This document shows, one piece after another, positions 1 to 11,600 of a DNA stretch of 52,107 nucleotides. The notes beneath the pieces are model-generated. The model saw only the letters and a program-made list of their open reading frames with translations. It was not told the origin of the DNA and did no database searches. This DNA comes from a virus. Taxonomy: Duplodnaviria; Caudoviricetes. Numbering within the stretch: the first letter of the stretch is position 1; each line of letters starts with the position of its first letter. The stretch lies in IMG/VR virus record IMGVR_UViG_3300007983_000005, positions 1 to 52,107 of that record. One strand, given 5' to 3'. A program made the translations under genes and the position numbers.

Positions 1-120
1 ACTAGAAGATGAATCTGAACTGGAACTAGAAGATGAATCTGAACTGGAACTAGAAGATGAATCTGAACTGGAACTAGAAGATGAATCTGAACTGGAACTA
101 GAAGATGAATCTGAACTAGA
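1..120. repeat. 24-bp tandem repeat, at least 5 copies (ACTAGAAGATGAATCTGAACTGGA), encoding SSSDSSSS on the minus strand
   Basis: Identical units at 1, 25, 49 and 73, and a one-mismatch unit at 97; no spacers. Confidence 0.97.
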
Positions 121-861
121 AGTACAATCACAACACCAACAATATGCATGATCTAATAATTTTTCAGACATTATGGAAAGTTCTTCAAAATGATAAGGAA
201 TAAAACAATCACCTGAAGAAATCCTTTCAGCACAATTAGTTGCTGGTAGCTCAGGACAATCACATCCTCCATCAACATTAGGATCTGGAGCTTTACCTGG
301 AGTAAATTTTATGCCCAATGACTCGCATGGAACTACCCCATAACATTCTCCATTGGCATCTTCTGCATTTCCTCCATAGACACAATCATCTCCGTTGACT
401 TCAACAATACATGATTCTGATACTTTTTCTATTGCCTCCCTAACTCTATTTACAGTATCAGGTTTAATATTTGCCCCTTGTTGAATTTCAGCTATAGATT
501 CGTTAACATCAGATAATGCAGAAGCTATAACATCTAAACAACCAGGTATATGGGAACAACCCTCTGTTTGTTCACAATCTAAATCGCCTCTTCCAGCAGA
601 AGATGTACTAACATCATAACTTATATAACCAGCAGTAAAAATTGTATTATTATCACAACACCCTTTTTTATATTCTGCGTTGTCTGATCCTGTAGTAAAA
701 CTTACTGATATTTTTTCCCAATCACATGCATCAGGATCAAAATCAATTGCCTTTGTAGGGCACCTAGTTTTAATATAGAGATCCCATACATTATAAATAT
801 TTGTAAATGTAGAATTAAGATATGCTATTAAAGTTAATCTTTCGCATCCATCACATGCCAT
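1..861 (-). CDS. Cys-rich, poly-serine putative virion protein; 3'-truncated by the window edge (not in ORF track)
   Basis: ATG at 861 with GAGGA SD. My translation is MACDGCERLTL...HAYCWCCDCT then (SSSDSSSS)n, in a frame that stays open to base 1, with about 20 Cys in the first ~246 aa. Confidence 0.85.
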   Translation of the reverse strand, partial: MACDGCERLTLIAYLNSTFTNIYNVWDLYIKTRCPTKAIDFDPDACDWEKISVSFTTGSDNAEYKKGCCDNNTIFTAGYISYDVSTSSAGRGDLDCEQTEGCSHIPGCLDVIASALSDVNESIAEIQQGANIKPDTVNRVREAIEKVSESCIVEVNGDDCVYGGNAEDANGECYGVVPCESLGIKFTPGKAPDPNVDGGCDCPELPATNCAERISSGDCFIPYHFEELSIMSEKLLDHAYCWCCDCTSSSDSSSSSSSDSSSSSSSDSSSSSSSDSSSSSSSDSSSS

Positions 862-903
862 AATTTATTTTCCTCTATAATATTTTATCACAAATTTCTA
901 TTT

Positions 904-3015
904 TTAAGAATAAACACAACATGGATTACCTTTTGTATAACGAAGTACAATTTCTCCATCTTCGCATACGAATTCATCTAAACTAACAATAGCACATCCT
1001 TCATCTCCAGAACTATAAGGTTCGACTTTAAGGACTAATTCCTGTTTATCGAATTGTACAGCACAATCTTCAGAACTATAATTAACTCCTGTTAATACTG
1101 AACACGATCCTGTTGAAGTAACTTCTTCAAAAACAGGAGTTGTGGCAGTTTCAAGTTTATATTGACATTCTTCATTATCTAAATATCCTCCGATGACAAC
1201 ATCACTTCCAGGACTTAAACATGATTCAGGACTTTCAGTTTCTAATGTTGGTATTGTTCCTTTATCTAATTCCCATGCACATTCTTCGTTGTTAAAAGAT
1301 ACACCTTTAATGAAATCTATAGAACATTCAGTTCCTTCTCCTACTACTATATCTGGCATTTTACGATATGTAGCAATATAATTACATGTGACTAAATCAT
1401 ATCTTACTCCTGTAACTATTGCTTCTCCAGGAATTGCACAAAAAGGATTACCATCTTCATTAGCCATTTCTGGAGGAGTAAATTCTATATATGCACAAGA
1501 TGGATCAGCACTCAACTCAATTGGTTGGCCAGCACCACCACCAACGTCTATACCTATATTACCTTTTACTTGTGCTCTAATATTTCCATTTACACAACCT
1601 TCAATAGGATCAGGTCTGTTAACTCCTACACCTTGAATTCGGGAAAGAGTGACAATAGTTCCTGTGCAATCAGAATTTACTAAATCATTAGTAATATTTG
1701 CTATAGGTACACATCCTCCACCACAGTCACCTTCTTCAGGATTATTACATTCTCCTCCTTGAATTCTCATGTATCCATAATCATATTCTAGATTTTTGCA
1801 TCCTTCTTCTAATGTAACAGTTCTTAAATTTTTAATAAATCCTTGGAATCCTGATCCTAAAATTGGATTACTCCCATCACATAATCCTGGAATAACTTGA
1901 CATTGACCAGGCAGACACCCAGGAGATACACCAACAATTCCAGTATTAGTTAATAATCCTCCAGTCTCAGTTTCTTCTAAACTTAATCCACACCCATATT
2001 CAAGGGTTTCTACACATTCAAGACAAACTCCATCATTTCCATCATTTCCATCAATTCCTGCAGGACCTGGAGGACCTGCAGGACCTTTTGGTCCCGGATC
2101 CCCTTGTTCCCCTGGAGGACCTTCTGGTCCAATTTCACCTGGAGGACCTTCTGGTCCAATTTCACCTGGAACTCCTGGGTCTCCTTTTGGTCCTGGAGGG
2201 CCAGGTTCACAAATACATTCTGGATTGCATACTAATGCAGCAGTTAAATATTCTCCACTATCTAACACTGCATATAACATATATGAAACTCTAGTTGCCA
2301 TTCCAGAAACAGTAAAAGTATTATCATCAATTCTAGTAATTGTTAAATCACTACACCCATTTGTCGGATCTGCATTAACAAGAGGAAATGAAGATGTACA
2401 ATCAAATTCTTCAATTATTCTACACTCTGGAGATTGAAAAGTTATAGTAGGACATGCACTACAATCAACTGTTATATTAGCAGTGTATCCCATTCCCATT
2501 ACACCAACAGGATCTCCATTGCAAAATGCATCAATTTTATTATTACAACAATTTGGTGTTGATGGTTGATATAAAAATCCATATGCCATTTTAATACCAA
2601 CTTGAACTTCGCATTCATTTATTCCTGTTGGTTTAACATGTGTTAATCTTCCTGGATTATCTGGACTTAAATATAATGGATCTCCCAAATTACCTGGTAT
2701 TAGTGTAATATCAGGAGCATTTTCTCTTACTCTACCATCGCTATCTTTAGAAAAATAATCTGGTGTTAATGGGAATCTATATAACATAGGTCCATCACCT
2801 TGATGAAGATAAAAATGATGAACATCTTCAAATGACCAAATAACTCCAGCAACATCAGATTTTTCAGGAACTGCAAGTGCAGGTTTAAATACACCATCAC
2901 AGTCAAGATATACAACCATACCTATTTCTAGAGTTTCTTTTGCATCAGGTTGATAAATAATTCTAGGATCAGTATGAATGTGACCTATTGTTTTATCTCT
3001 TCTGCGACTTACCAT
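904..3015 (-). CDS. Cys-rich collagen-like fibre protein (head fibre/whisker-like)
   Basis: N-terminal cement/fibre-base-like motif (GMVVYL...[15 protein letters not shown]), ~20 Gly-X-Y triplets, five C-terminal Cys-containing repeats; AGGAG SD. Confidence 0.75.
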   Translation of the reverse strand: MVSRRRDKTIGHIHTDPRIIYQPDAKETLEIGMVVYLDCDGVFKPALAVPEKSDVAGVIWSFEDVHHFYLHQGDGPMLYRFPLTPDYFSKDSDGRVRENAPDITLIPGNLGDPLYLSPDNPGRLTHVKPTGINECEVQVGIKMAYGFLYQPSTPNCCNNKIDAFCNGDPVGVMGMGYTANITVDCSACPTITFQSPECRIIEEFDCTSSFPLVNADPTNGCSDLTITRIDDNTFTVSGMATRVSYMLYAVLDSGEYLTAALVCNPECICEPGPPGPKGDPGVPGEIGPEGPPGEIGPEGPPGEQGDPGPKGPAGPPGPAGIDGNDGNDGVCLECVETLEYGCGLSLEETETGGLLTNTGIVGVSPGCLPGQCQVIPGLCDGSNPILGSGFQGFIKNLRTVTLEEGCKNLEYDYGYMRIQGGECNNPEEGDCGGGCVPIANITNDLVNSDCTGTIVTLSRIQGVGVNRPDPIEGCVNGNIRAQVKGNIGIDVGGGAGQPIELSADPSCAYIEFTPPEMANEDGNPFCAIPGEAIVTGVRYDLVTCNYIATYRKMPDIVVGEGTECSIDFIKGVSFNNEECAWELDKGTIPTLETESPESCLSPGSDVVIGGYLDNEECQYKLETATTPVFEEVTSTGSCSVLTGVNYSSEDCAVQFDKQELVLKVEPYSSGDEGCAIVSLDEFVCEDGEIVLRYTKGNPCCVYS
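2111..2164. repeat. 27-bp direct repeat x2 inside the collagen segment (GEIGPEGPP)
   Basis: CCTGGAGGACCTTCTGGTCCAATTTCA at 2111 and 2138. Confidence 0.95.
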
Positions 3016-3046
3016 ATCATTAACTCCTAAATGTTTCTTACTTTTA

Positions 3047-3054
3047 TATTTATA
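3047..3054 (-). promoter_or_regulatory. T4-type late promoter TATAAATA
   Basis: Exact motif in the divergent intergenic region, ~30 nt upstream of the 703-aa fibre gene. Confidence 0.6.
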
Positions 3055-3127
3055 TATTCTTTTGATCGTAAGCCGATATATAAATCAACATTATATAGTA
3101 TAATTATAATGGAGGAGGGAGAAAACT

Positions 3128-3307
3128 ATGAAAGAACTATATTGTCCAAATTGTAAAAGAACAATAACAGTAAAACCTGGAATTAAAGAACAGATTTGTC
3201 CAAAATGTCTTGAAGATCATGGAGTTTCATATATAATGGTAGAATCAAAAAAATCTAAGACACCTAGAAACTTAGGCGGTGGATTATTTGAAATTCCAAA
3301 GGAGTAA
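3128..3307 (+). CDS. 59-aa zinc-ribbon protein (not in ORF track)
   Basis: MKELYCPNCK...ICPKCLED with two CxxC motifs; strong GGAGG SD; stop abuts the next ATG. Confidence 0.85.
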   Translation: MKELYCPNCKRTITVKPGIKEQICPKCLEDHGVSYIMVESKKSKTPRNLGGGLFEIPKE

Positions 3308-3309
3308 AA

Positions 3310-3882
3310 ATGTCATTTTTAATTGGGCTAGCAGGACCAGCCAAAGTAGGAAAAACAACAACAGCAAAATCATTGGTAAAATCAATTAAAAATAAATATT
3401 CAAATTTAAAAGTTGAATACATAGCTTTTGCTGATATGTTATATGGAACTTGCAGTTATTTATCAAGAATACCAGTGGAAACATTAGCAGACCAATCATA
3501 TAAAGAAGTAAAATGGACTGATGAAACCGCTCCTCTTCCTTGTTTATCTGGGTGGACACCAAGAAAATTTCTTCAAATTGTAGGAACTGAATGTTTTAGA
3601 AATAATATAGATAATGAATTTTGGATTCAATGTGCAATTAAATCATCCAAAGAAAATGATATAACAATTCTTTCTGATGCTAGATTTGAAAATGAATTCA
3701 AAATATGTGATTATGTTATAGAATTATCAAGAGAAGGAATAAATTATGAAGGAAATCATGCTTCAGCATTACCCCCTCCCAAAGATTTAATAGATATGGA
3801 AATACATTTATTTCCTGAAATTGTTTTTGATATGCAAATTGAAGTCATATTAGATCGTTATAAAATAATAAAAGGAGAATAA
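3310..3882 (+). CDS. Deoxynucleoside monophosphate kinase (T4 gp1/T5 Dnk-like)
   Basis: P-loop GLAGPAKVGKTT plus PRKFLQIVGTE and ILSDARFENE family motifs. Confidence 0.9.
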   Translation: MSFLIGLAGPAKVGKTTTAKSLVKSIKNKYSNLKVEYIAFADMLYGTCSYLSRIPVETLADQSYKEVKWTDETAPLPCLSGWTPRKFLQIVGTECFRNNIDNEFWIQCAIKSSKENDITILSDARFENEFKICDYVIELSREGINYEGNHASALPPPKDLIDMEIHLFPEIVFDMQIEVILDRYKIIKGE

Positions 3883-3884
3883 CC

Positions 3885-4100
3885 ATGCCATGGGATGTAT
3901 TTAAAAATAAAGTAAAATGTGAAATATGTGGCGATATAATAATGCCAGATAGCGATAAAACATGGACTGAATGTAGTTGTGGTTCAACACAAGTAATGGG
4001 AAAAAGTTTTTTAAGAATTAAAGGTGATAACTATACAAATTTAAGTAAATTTAATTATGATGATATTCCTGAACATAAAGATTGGAATGAAACAGACTAA
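3885..4100 (+). CDS. Small Zn-binding phage protein
   Basis: KVKCEICGDII...ECSCGS pattern common in phage hypothetical proteins; AGGAG SD. Confidence 0.75.
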   Translation: MPWDVFKNKVKCEICGDIIMPDSDKTWTECSCGSTQVMGKSFLRIKGDNYTNLSKFNYDDIPEHKDWNETD

Positions 4101-4109
4101 GGAGAAAAT

Positions 4110-4751
4110 ATGTCAAGATTTGAAATACAATTTTCATCACCAGAAGAACAAACATATGATGTGGAGAATTCGCAAAGAAAAGAATTTAGATTGTTTTTAA
4201 TTGGTGAATTAACTAAAGATAATGGCACTGAATTAATTCAATCTATGTATGATATAAATGAAATAAATGAAGAATTAGGAACTGAAATTCCAATAATTTT
4301 AATTATTAACACTCCTGGTGGAGATTTACAAGTATGTCAAATGGTTTGTGATGTTATGAATGAAATAAAAACTCCAGTTTATACAAAATGTTTGGGTCAA
4401 GCATGTAGTGCAGGGATTATTATATTAATGAACGGTGAACCTGGATTTAGAACAGCATCTAAACATTCACAAATGATGAGTCATAGATTTAGTACTGCAA
4501 TTGAAGGATCTCATTCAGATCTAGAATATCATAATAAAGAAATGCAAAGAATGTATAGTAGATTAATTGATCATTATGTATTTTGTACAGGATTAACAAA
4601 AAAGAAAATTGAAGAGAGATTATTAGCAGAACATGATACATATTTAACATCACAAGAATGTGTGGAATTAAATATTATTGATGAAGTCATTAAAGGAAAA
4701 GAAAAAAATGTTAAACGAAGAACAAAATCAACTAGAAGTAGTAAAAAATAA
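4110..4751 (+). CDS. clpP: ClpP-like serine protease
   Basis: INTPGGD, GQACSAG (Ser), MMSH (His), HDTYL (Asp): catalytic triad appears intact. Confidence 0.92.
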   Translation: MSRFEIQFSSPEEQTYDVENSQRKEFRLFLIGELTKDNGTELIQSMYDINEINEELGTEIPIILIINTPGGDLQVCQMVCDVMNEIKTPVYTKCLGQACSAGIIILMNGEPGFRTASKHSQMMSHRFSTAIEGSHSDLEYHNKEMQRMYSRLIDHYVFCTGLTKKKIEERLLAEHDTYLTSQECVELNIIDEVIKGKEKNVKRRTKSTRSSKK

Positions 4752-5430
4752 AAAAAGTGATTCAATTTTATCTTTACTTAAGAATGATAAAATATTAACA
4801 TCTAATGATTGGGACGATTTAGAGTCATCTACTGGATTTATAAAAGAATGTTTTAAATCTATACCTATGTATAGACCTTTACCAGTAAAAATATTTGGGG
4901 TGTTAAATGATAAAGAATGTCCTACTCCAGAAACAAAATTTTGGCAATGCAGAAAAGAAGCCGAAGTTCATGCTGATCAGTTAATAGAAGATATCCATAA
5001 TCTTGAAATGATAAGAATTAATATAGATAGAGCTAATTATGCATTAGATAAAATGAAAAATGAATATATATCTGAAAAAAATGTTGATAGAAAAATGGAA
5101 ATTGAATTTGATTTAAGAGAAACTCAAGTCAATCTTTCAAAATTAGAATATAGAGGAATTAAACTTCAAAAGCAAATAAAATATAGAATTGAAGAAGTTC
5201 ATGAATGGAAAAAAATATCAGAAAATATTAAATCATCTCATAATATAGAAACTAATAGTTATATAAAACAGTATGTAAATAATATGAGGTTTAATCTAAT
5301 TAAAAAGAAAAATGAGTTGTCTGAAGAAAATAACAAAGAAGAATTAACTATGTTAGATTCTCAATTAAATACATTTAATACAATAATAAAACAAATTGAA
5401 TCTATTAAAACCCCGTCAGAGAAAATCTAG
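4708..5430 (+). CDS. Coiled-coil hypothetical protein (CPTPETKFWQC motif)
   Basis: Charged helical ORF; start moved to ATG 4708 (AAGGA upstream); overlaps the clpP 3' end. Confidence 0.7.
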   Translation: MLNEEQNQLEVVKNKKSDSILSLLKNDKILTSNDWDDLESSTGFIKECFKSIPMYRPLPVKIFGVLNDKECPTPETKFWQCRKEAEVHADQLIEDIHNLEMIRINIDRANYALDKMKNEYISEKNVDRKMEIEFDLRETQVNLSKLEYRGIKLQKQIKYRIEEVHEWKKISENIKSSHNIETNSYIKQYVNNMRFNLIKKKNELSEENNKEELTMLDSQLNTFNTIIKQIESIKTPSEKI

Positions 5431-7276
5431 CATTAAATGGACTAGAAACAATAATTTTAATTGAATTATTATCTATAGGTATTATTTGTTGTGCTTGAAC
5501 TTGAAAATCATTATCAATATTAAATAGGGTATATGAGAAAGAATATTTATCATTCAAACTTAAATTGTGATTCCATATATATTCGAATCCTAAGAATGTG
5601 GGACCACCATTATAAACATATGATGTTGATGTCCAATCATCAGATGATATTTCTACATTATCACCTAATCCTCCACCATCGCCAGAACCAGTACCTACAT
5701 TTTTAGTATTTGTACCGTCAAAATATTGAAATTGTTTCAAACCATCATTATACCAAAATGGTATACCATATTCAGATATATCATATTGTGTTAAATAATC
5801 ATAAATTTCATCTTGATCTGGAATTCCAAATCTAACTTCTTGTCTGTTACCAATACCAAATACTAAATTGTCTTTATTCCAAAATGATTTAAGAGGTTTA
5901 ACTGAATATAATGTATCAGGAGAACCAGATGTTCCTGATGTTCCTGTCGTTCCTGTTGTGCCAGTGGTTCCAGTAGATCCAGGTGATGATACTGATACAT
6001 CTTGAACATCAACATTATATAATTCATCAAACCCACCAACAGAATTTATTATAGCATCATTTTCAGATATAATCCAATCTCTTAATAATGTAATACCAGA
6101 ATCTATTTCAGTTTGTGTATTATATTCATCTCTTATAATTGATGTGTTGAATAAAGATACCCTTGAATCTGATCCTGATGCATATAACAATCTAGTTGTA
6201 ATACCAGAAACTAAATTTCCATTCCAATAAAATTTTTCATCTAAAATTGTATCAGTTAAAATTACTTTTCCTTTTGTTACATTTATTCCAGTAAATTTAG
6301 TAATATTAGATGAATCATTATTATCTGATGGATTTGGTTGCCCTGCATTTGAGAAATCCAAATCTTTAATTGTCAGAACTGAATCTTTATTATGATCCAT
6401 TCTAAATAATTGAATTTCTTCAGTAGAAGGAGTTACATCATCAATACTTCCAAATCTTAAACCTTCAATAAAAATACTACTTAATGTATTAGTAGTTGAA
6501 GGATCATTAAAGTTTACAAATCTATTAAAATTATTAGTTCCACCAGTAAAAGAAATTGTACTATTAATAATTCTAACTCCATTTCTTACTTTTGTAAGAT
6601 TTCCTATAGGTGCATTTTTTATCTGAAACATATCACTATATTTTGTATCCATAAATTCATATGAAATATCTTGGAACAAAATAGATATTGGATCAGTAGA
6701 ATCAATAGTAAATGCATATTTTCTATTAGAATTAGTACCTTCTGAATCTCTTAATCTAAATACTGGATTTCCTACACCCATATATCTAATTCCATTAGCA
6801 TTAATTTCAATTGGTTCATCACCGTCGAATTCAAATACCCCATAATCTGATATAGTATCTGCTGAATTTTGTCTATGGGATCCCATTATCATTAAATTTA
6901 CATTATTATACCCATTAAAAATTAATGTGTGGGCATAATCTGTAGCTTCTTTTAATGAATTATATATTTCACCTTCAACAACAAATGAGTCTGGTATTGT
7001 AGGATCTACATATATAAATCGTGATGTATATTTAAGATATGCAAATTGATTAAGATATACAAGAGCATCTTGTATGTTACTGATGCCAACATAGAAATTA
7101 TCATCAGAATCAAATGAAACATTTGATCCTATAAGACCTTTTAATAACTCTGTTAATGTAACACCATCAGGATTTGGTTCATCTCTAAAAATTAAATTCC
7201 CATCAGAATCTGAGGTAAGTGCTCTTACTATTCGACCTACTTGATAAGCTGTGGACTTAAATGGATCAATTGGCAT
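5405..7276 (-). CDS. Tailspike/fibre-like protein with probable right-handed beta-helix
   Basis: FIYVDP...YNSLKEATDYA beta-helix cap pattern, Asn/Ile-rich rungs, C-terminal WNHNL motif, N-terminal DSDGNLIFRD motif. Confidence 0.6.
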   Translation of the reverse strand: MPIDPFKSTAYQVGRIVRALTSDSDGNLIFRDEPNPDGVTLTELLKGLIGSNVSFDSDDNFYVGISNIQDALVYLNQFAYLKYTSRFIYVDPTIPDSFVVEGEIYNSLKEATDYAHTLIFNGYNNVNLMIMGSHRQNSADTISDYGVFEFDGDEPIEINANGIRYMGVGNPVFRLRDSEGTNSNRKYAFTIDSTDPISILFQDISYEFMDTKYSDMFQIKNAPIGNLTKVRNGVRIINSTISFTGGTNNFNRFVNFNDPSTTNTLSSIFIEGLRFGSIDDVTPSTEEIQLFRMDHNKDSVLTIKDLDFSNAGQPNPSDNNDSSNITKFTGINVTKGKVILTDTILDEKFYWNGNLVSGITTRLLYASGSDSRVSLFNTSIIRDEYNTQTEIDSGITLLRDWIISENDAIINSVGGFDELYNVDVQDVSVSSPGSTGTTGTTGTTGTSGTSGSPDTLYSVKPLKSFWNKDNLVFGIGNRQEVRFGIPDQDEIYDYLTQYDISEYGIPFWYNDGLKQFQYFDGTNTKNVGTGSGDGGGLGDNVEISSDDWTSTSYVYNGGPTFLGFEYIWNHNLSLNDKYSFSYTLFNIDNDFQVQAQQIIPIDNNSIKIIVSSPFNARFSLTGF

Positions 7277-8622
7277 TACGCACTCCCTTCAAATTTTAAC
7301 TTTGTTGCTATCCAGTCTACACTTCCTGTGAATTTTTTCTCAGAGCGGATAGTAAATCCAGTATTTTTCTTATTTGTATAAAACATATTTATATTTTTAT
7401 TACATGAAATTGACACGCTATAATCTATGGATGAAAATGGAGTCTCGAATTCTACTTTATATAATTCCTGATTTTCAAAATTTATAGTTCCTGATTTTCT
7501 ACCAAGTTTATCTTCTTTACTTATATCATAAATTATACAATCTATGCTTGAATTAGTTATAGGATCATTTGTCAAAGAATTTGGAAATCCAATTATTCTT
7601 CTTTCTGATGATTTATACATGATGTCAGTTGTTTCTTCAAGTGATACTACATCATTTTCGTTAACGCAATCTAATTCCATAACATCATCAGTTAGTATAT
7701 CATCAACATAAAATTGAACTAATATTCTATGATTTGGTTCAGTTTCTGAAGATTCTTTTTGCTCTTGAGTTGCACATTGACAGTTTAATCTTTCAAAATC
7801 TTCATTATAAGTTAATAAGTTTCCTGTATATGTAAGTATTGGTTGTTGTTCTATAGGTTCTCTTGAGTTATTTCCTATACTTATTTGATCTAATACTTCT
7901 CCAGTAGTTTCATTATAAAGACGGAATAATATAGGTTTTTCAGTCTTTATAGTTCTAATAGAAAGTTTAGAAATTATAGAAGTCACTTTTTGTTTATCTA
8001 AAGGTGGTAATAGAATTTCTAAATTAGGAACATTGTGCCACCTATATGAACCATCTGAAAGAGTTTTATAATCAGGGATAAAACTATTAGATATAATATA
8101 TTGATCAATAGAAAAGACTTTAGTACCTTCAGTATTAGTTGGGTATTCTCCTGAACTGTTCTTAGTAAAAATCCTAGAATTATTTGAATTATCTGCAATA
8201 TTAGGATCTCCATTTACATTAATTGTTATATTATTGCATTCTGAATTTGTTATTGAAGTCCTTCCAACCCACCAAATACCGCCCTGAACAAATCTATTCT
8301 GAGCATCAGTATATGCACTTACCAATTCATCTAAACTATATGCTCTTTTTGTTGAACTATCTTTGAAGTATAATTTACCATCATTTACATAAATTCCATT
8401 TACTCTTGTCCATAAATCTTTTAATGTTATACTTTGTAAAGGATTTCCATTAATATCAACTTGATTTGATATCCATGAATCTCTAAAATGTAAATTTCCA
8501 TCTTCATCTAAAAATAATACATTATCAACACTTTCTATTGTTGTTGAATCAGTAGTTGGTTTTCCTAAACTAATTCCTGATGCTAAAAATGGGTCAGGTT
8601 TTGTATTTCCGATTTCACTCAT
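7276..8622 (-). CDS. Virion structural protein; short paralogue of the 2015-aa protein
   Basis: Shares N-terminal, central and C-terminal motifs with 8635..14682. Confidence 0.7.
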   Translation of the reverse strand: MSEIGNTKPDPFLASGISLGKPTTDSTTIESVDNVLFLDEDGNLHFRDSWISNQVDINGNPLQSITLKDLWTRVNGIYVNDGKLYFKDSSTKRAYSLDELVSAYTDAQNRFVQGGIWWVGRTSITNSECNNITINVNGDPNIADNSNNSRIFTKNSSGEYPTNTEGTKVFSIDQYIISNSFIPDYKTLSDGSYRWHNVPNLEILLPPLDKQKVTSIISKLSIRTIKTEKPILFRLYNETTGEVLDQISIGNNSREPIEQQPILTYTGNLLTYNEDFERLNCQCATQEQKESSETEPNHRILVQFYVDDILTDDVMELDCVNENDVVSLEETTDIMYKSSERRIIGFPNSLTNDPITNSSIDCIIYDISKEDKLGRKSGTINFENQELYKVEFETPFSSIDYSVSISCNKNINMFYTNKKNTGFTIRSEKKFTGSVDWIATKLKFEGSA

Positions 8623-8634
8623 CTCATGTTCCTC

Positions 8635-11600
8635 TTACTTATCAAATATATATCCATCTAATGGAGAATTTTCACTAATATCTTTTTCTGTTACGTTAAT
8701 AATTGCATTTGCGACATAATCAACACTTCCAGAAAAATTATCAATTTCTGTAAAAATCGTAAATCCAGAATTTGTTTTATTTTCCCACCATACTTCTACA
8801 TTATCACTTGGAGTAAGAGATATTTGATAATTTCCGTCAGAAATGTCATCAGAAAATGGTGTATCAAATTCAACAGTTGCTTCAGAAGTATTATCGAATA
8901 ATACAGATCCATGTCTTTCGACTATTATATCAGATTCAGCTTGATATATATTTACACTTAAAGACGAAAGAACATTTTCACTATTTCCTGCGTAAATTTC
9001 TCCGTCTTTAGGATATTGGGTATGCAAGCGGCGGCCCATATAATTCTTTAAAAATTCATCTTCTTCTGGTATATCTCTAAGATCCCATACGAATACTCTA
9101 GGTGTAGTTTCTCCACTATGATAACCATTAGAAATTCCTGTAATACTTATATTACTATCTACTTTATGTCCTCCAACTATAATTGAAGCGTCAGGTTCAC
9201 CAAAACACATTTGACCTATATGCCATTTATTCATTTCTGACCATTCCGTTACGTTTCGAATCTTTTTAAGAGTAGGGTTGTATATAGAATCATATACTGG
9301 CACGTCACCTCCAAGACCTACACCATCCATATAACGCTTCCAAGAAATATTTTCATAATCTATTTCTAATTTAGATGGACTTATTCCTAATCCGTTAGAT
9401 TGTACCCATTTTTTCGGAGCTTTATATCTTTGGTCATTTTGATATTCTTGAATAAATGATGTTCCCCATTCAGTGTAGGATTCACTTGTTGCTGACATAG
9501 GGAAAGTTATAGATACATTAGAACTAGCAGAAATACAATCAGTCTCTCCTGATATTGAAATTGTTGCATTATTTAACGCAGTATATTCATGAGTTTGATT
9601 CGTTGTATTTCCATTTAATAATATTCTTCCATTTAACAATGACCCATAATTATTAGAAGAAATATTTATAGTTGATGTTTCAAAATATGTAGAACCATAA
9701 TTAGTATCACTACTAACGTCTCTGCGGTTTATATCAGAACTTAAATTAAAAGTACCCACGTCTTCATATAAGCCCTGCGTCCAAATTGGAACGCCCCAGC
9801 GTTGGTTCCCGATAGGGGTAAAATCAGCCACCAATTCAATAAAACTAGAAATATTAGGACCACAATCTGAAAGACTTGATCTCCATTCTTGTTCTTTAGT
9901 AGTGACACCAATCATAATTCCATCTTCAAAAGTAATATCAAATTTAATATCACCGACAATACCATCCATTATTAATGGTGTCGTATTTTCTGAACTTTGT
10001 AATACTTTAAATGTGTGTGATATTGCAGTACTTGTTTCTCCATTTTTTATATCTTGATAAATTGATTCCATTGACTGGAATTTCATAATTCCCACACCTG
10101 CAAACATATAAGTTTTATCAGATTCAGTTGATGAATCATATATCATAGTTTCTTCAAATCTATAACTCATTTCTACTGATAAGTCTTGGAAAACTTGAAC
10201 ATTAGTTACTTCAAATTCTTTATTGTTTGATGTTATAGAAATTATATCATCAGGATAAACTGGTGTTGTATCTGTTCTAATGGTAATATCAACTTCTTTT
10301 ATTTGTATAGTTCCTGTTGTTGTATTTTCTGTATCTGTTACTTTAGCATTTGCTCTGAACGTACCGCCAGTTATAACATTTTTATTTAATGAAATAATTG
10401 TTGTTCCTAGATTATGATTTACTGTAACATTTGTTTCATCTTGAGGAGCTATTGGTGCAGGATTAGTAGGTGCTACAGTTATAATATTAAAATTAGGATA
10501 GTTATCAGAATTTGAATATTGAAGAGTTTCTTGATCATCTCTAAACCTAGGATCACTGAATAAGAGAGAAACATCAAATGTCTCCCAAATTGGAGATTCC
10601 CAACATGGACCTCCACTTAATATTTCGACGTAATCTGTTCCTGCTAATGATATATTATTTTTTTCGAATGTTTTAACATCATCTGGACATAAAAATTCAT
10701 CAGGATCTATAGAATCAGTTGATGCACTTATAGAATTGACATTAACTTCAAATGAACCTATAGAATCGTGTATACCACCCCAGAAAATTGATCTATTTTC
10801 ATCTCCGACTCCACAATGCCAATAAACAGATTCTAACATATTTTGTCTACGAATCCATGTTTGATCATTTAATTCATAAACTAAATCTAAAACTCTATCC
10901 TTTTCTAGTTTAACATTAGTTAAGGTATTTGATACTATTGGAGTATATCCAGTAGAGTATTTATCAAAAATCCTCTTTATAACCCCATCAGATCCCCCCA
11001 TATTGTTATATTCTGTTCTTCCACCTGTTGATATGCCAGAATCATTATCTCCAGTATAAACCATTCCGTGGCATCTTAATGGGTATCTTAAATTCGGATC
11101 GACTGTTACATATTTGATAGTAACTTCTCTAGATTCAACTGATACATTATCAGTTGATAAATTTGAAAGGCTATCATCACAATTACAATTACTTTCTCCT
11201 AAATAAATCAACCTAGCATTAACTGACCCAGCATCTTTAGGATATGATATTTCTAAGCCAGGAGATATTGTTATAACACTACCTGATTCAGAAACACAGA
11301 AATCATATATTTTATCTGATGGGCGACTTTCTATATATGTTTCTAAGTCAATTAAAGAATCTTCTTGAACATCAAAAGCGTATTCAGAAGATTGCCCATT
11401 AATAGATATAGCAGTATTAGAAGCCCATCTTCCAGTTATACCATCAGTTCTACAATTACAGATAGAATTTTGACCAATATAACATAATTCAAAGTTTACT
11501 TGTCCTCCCCATAATCCATCACCAACAAATTTTATATCTGAATCAGGATTATTTACACAGAAGTTATCTGTAGTTCCTAATGTAGTTAAATCTCCAGGTT

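Noticed and set aside
1-120. 24-bp repeat as a CRISPR array
   Set aside because: Units are directly adjacent with no spacers and lie in frame in a coding sequence.
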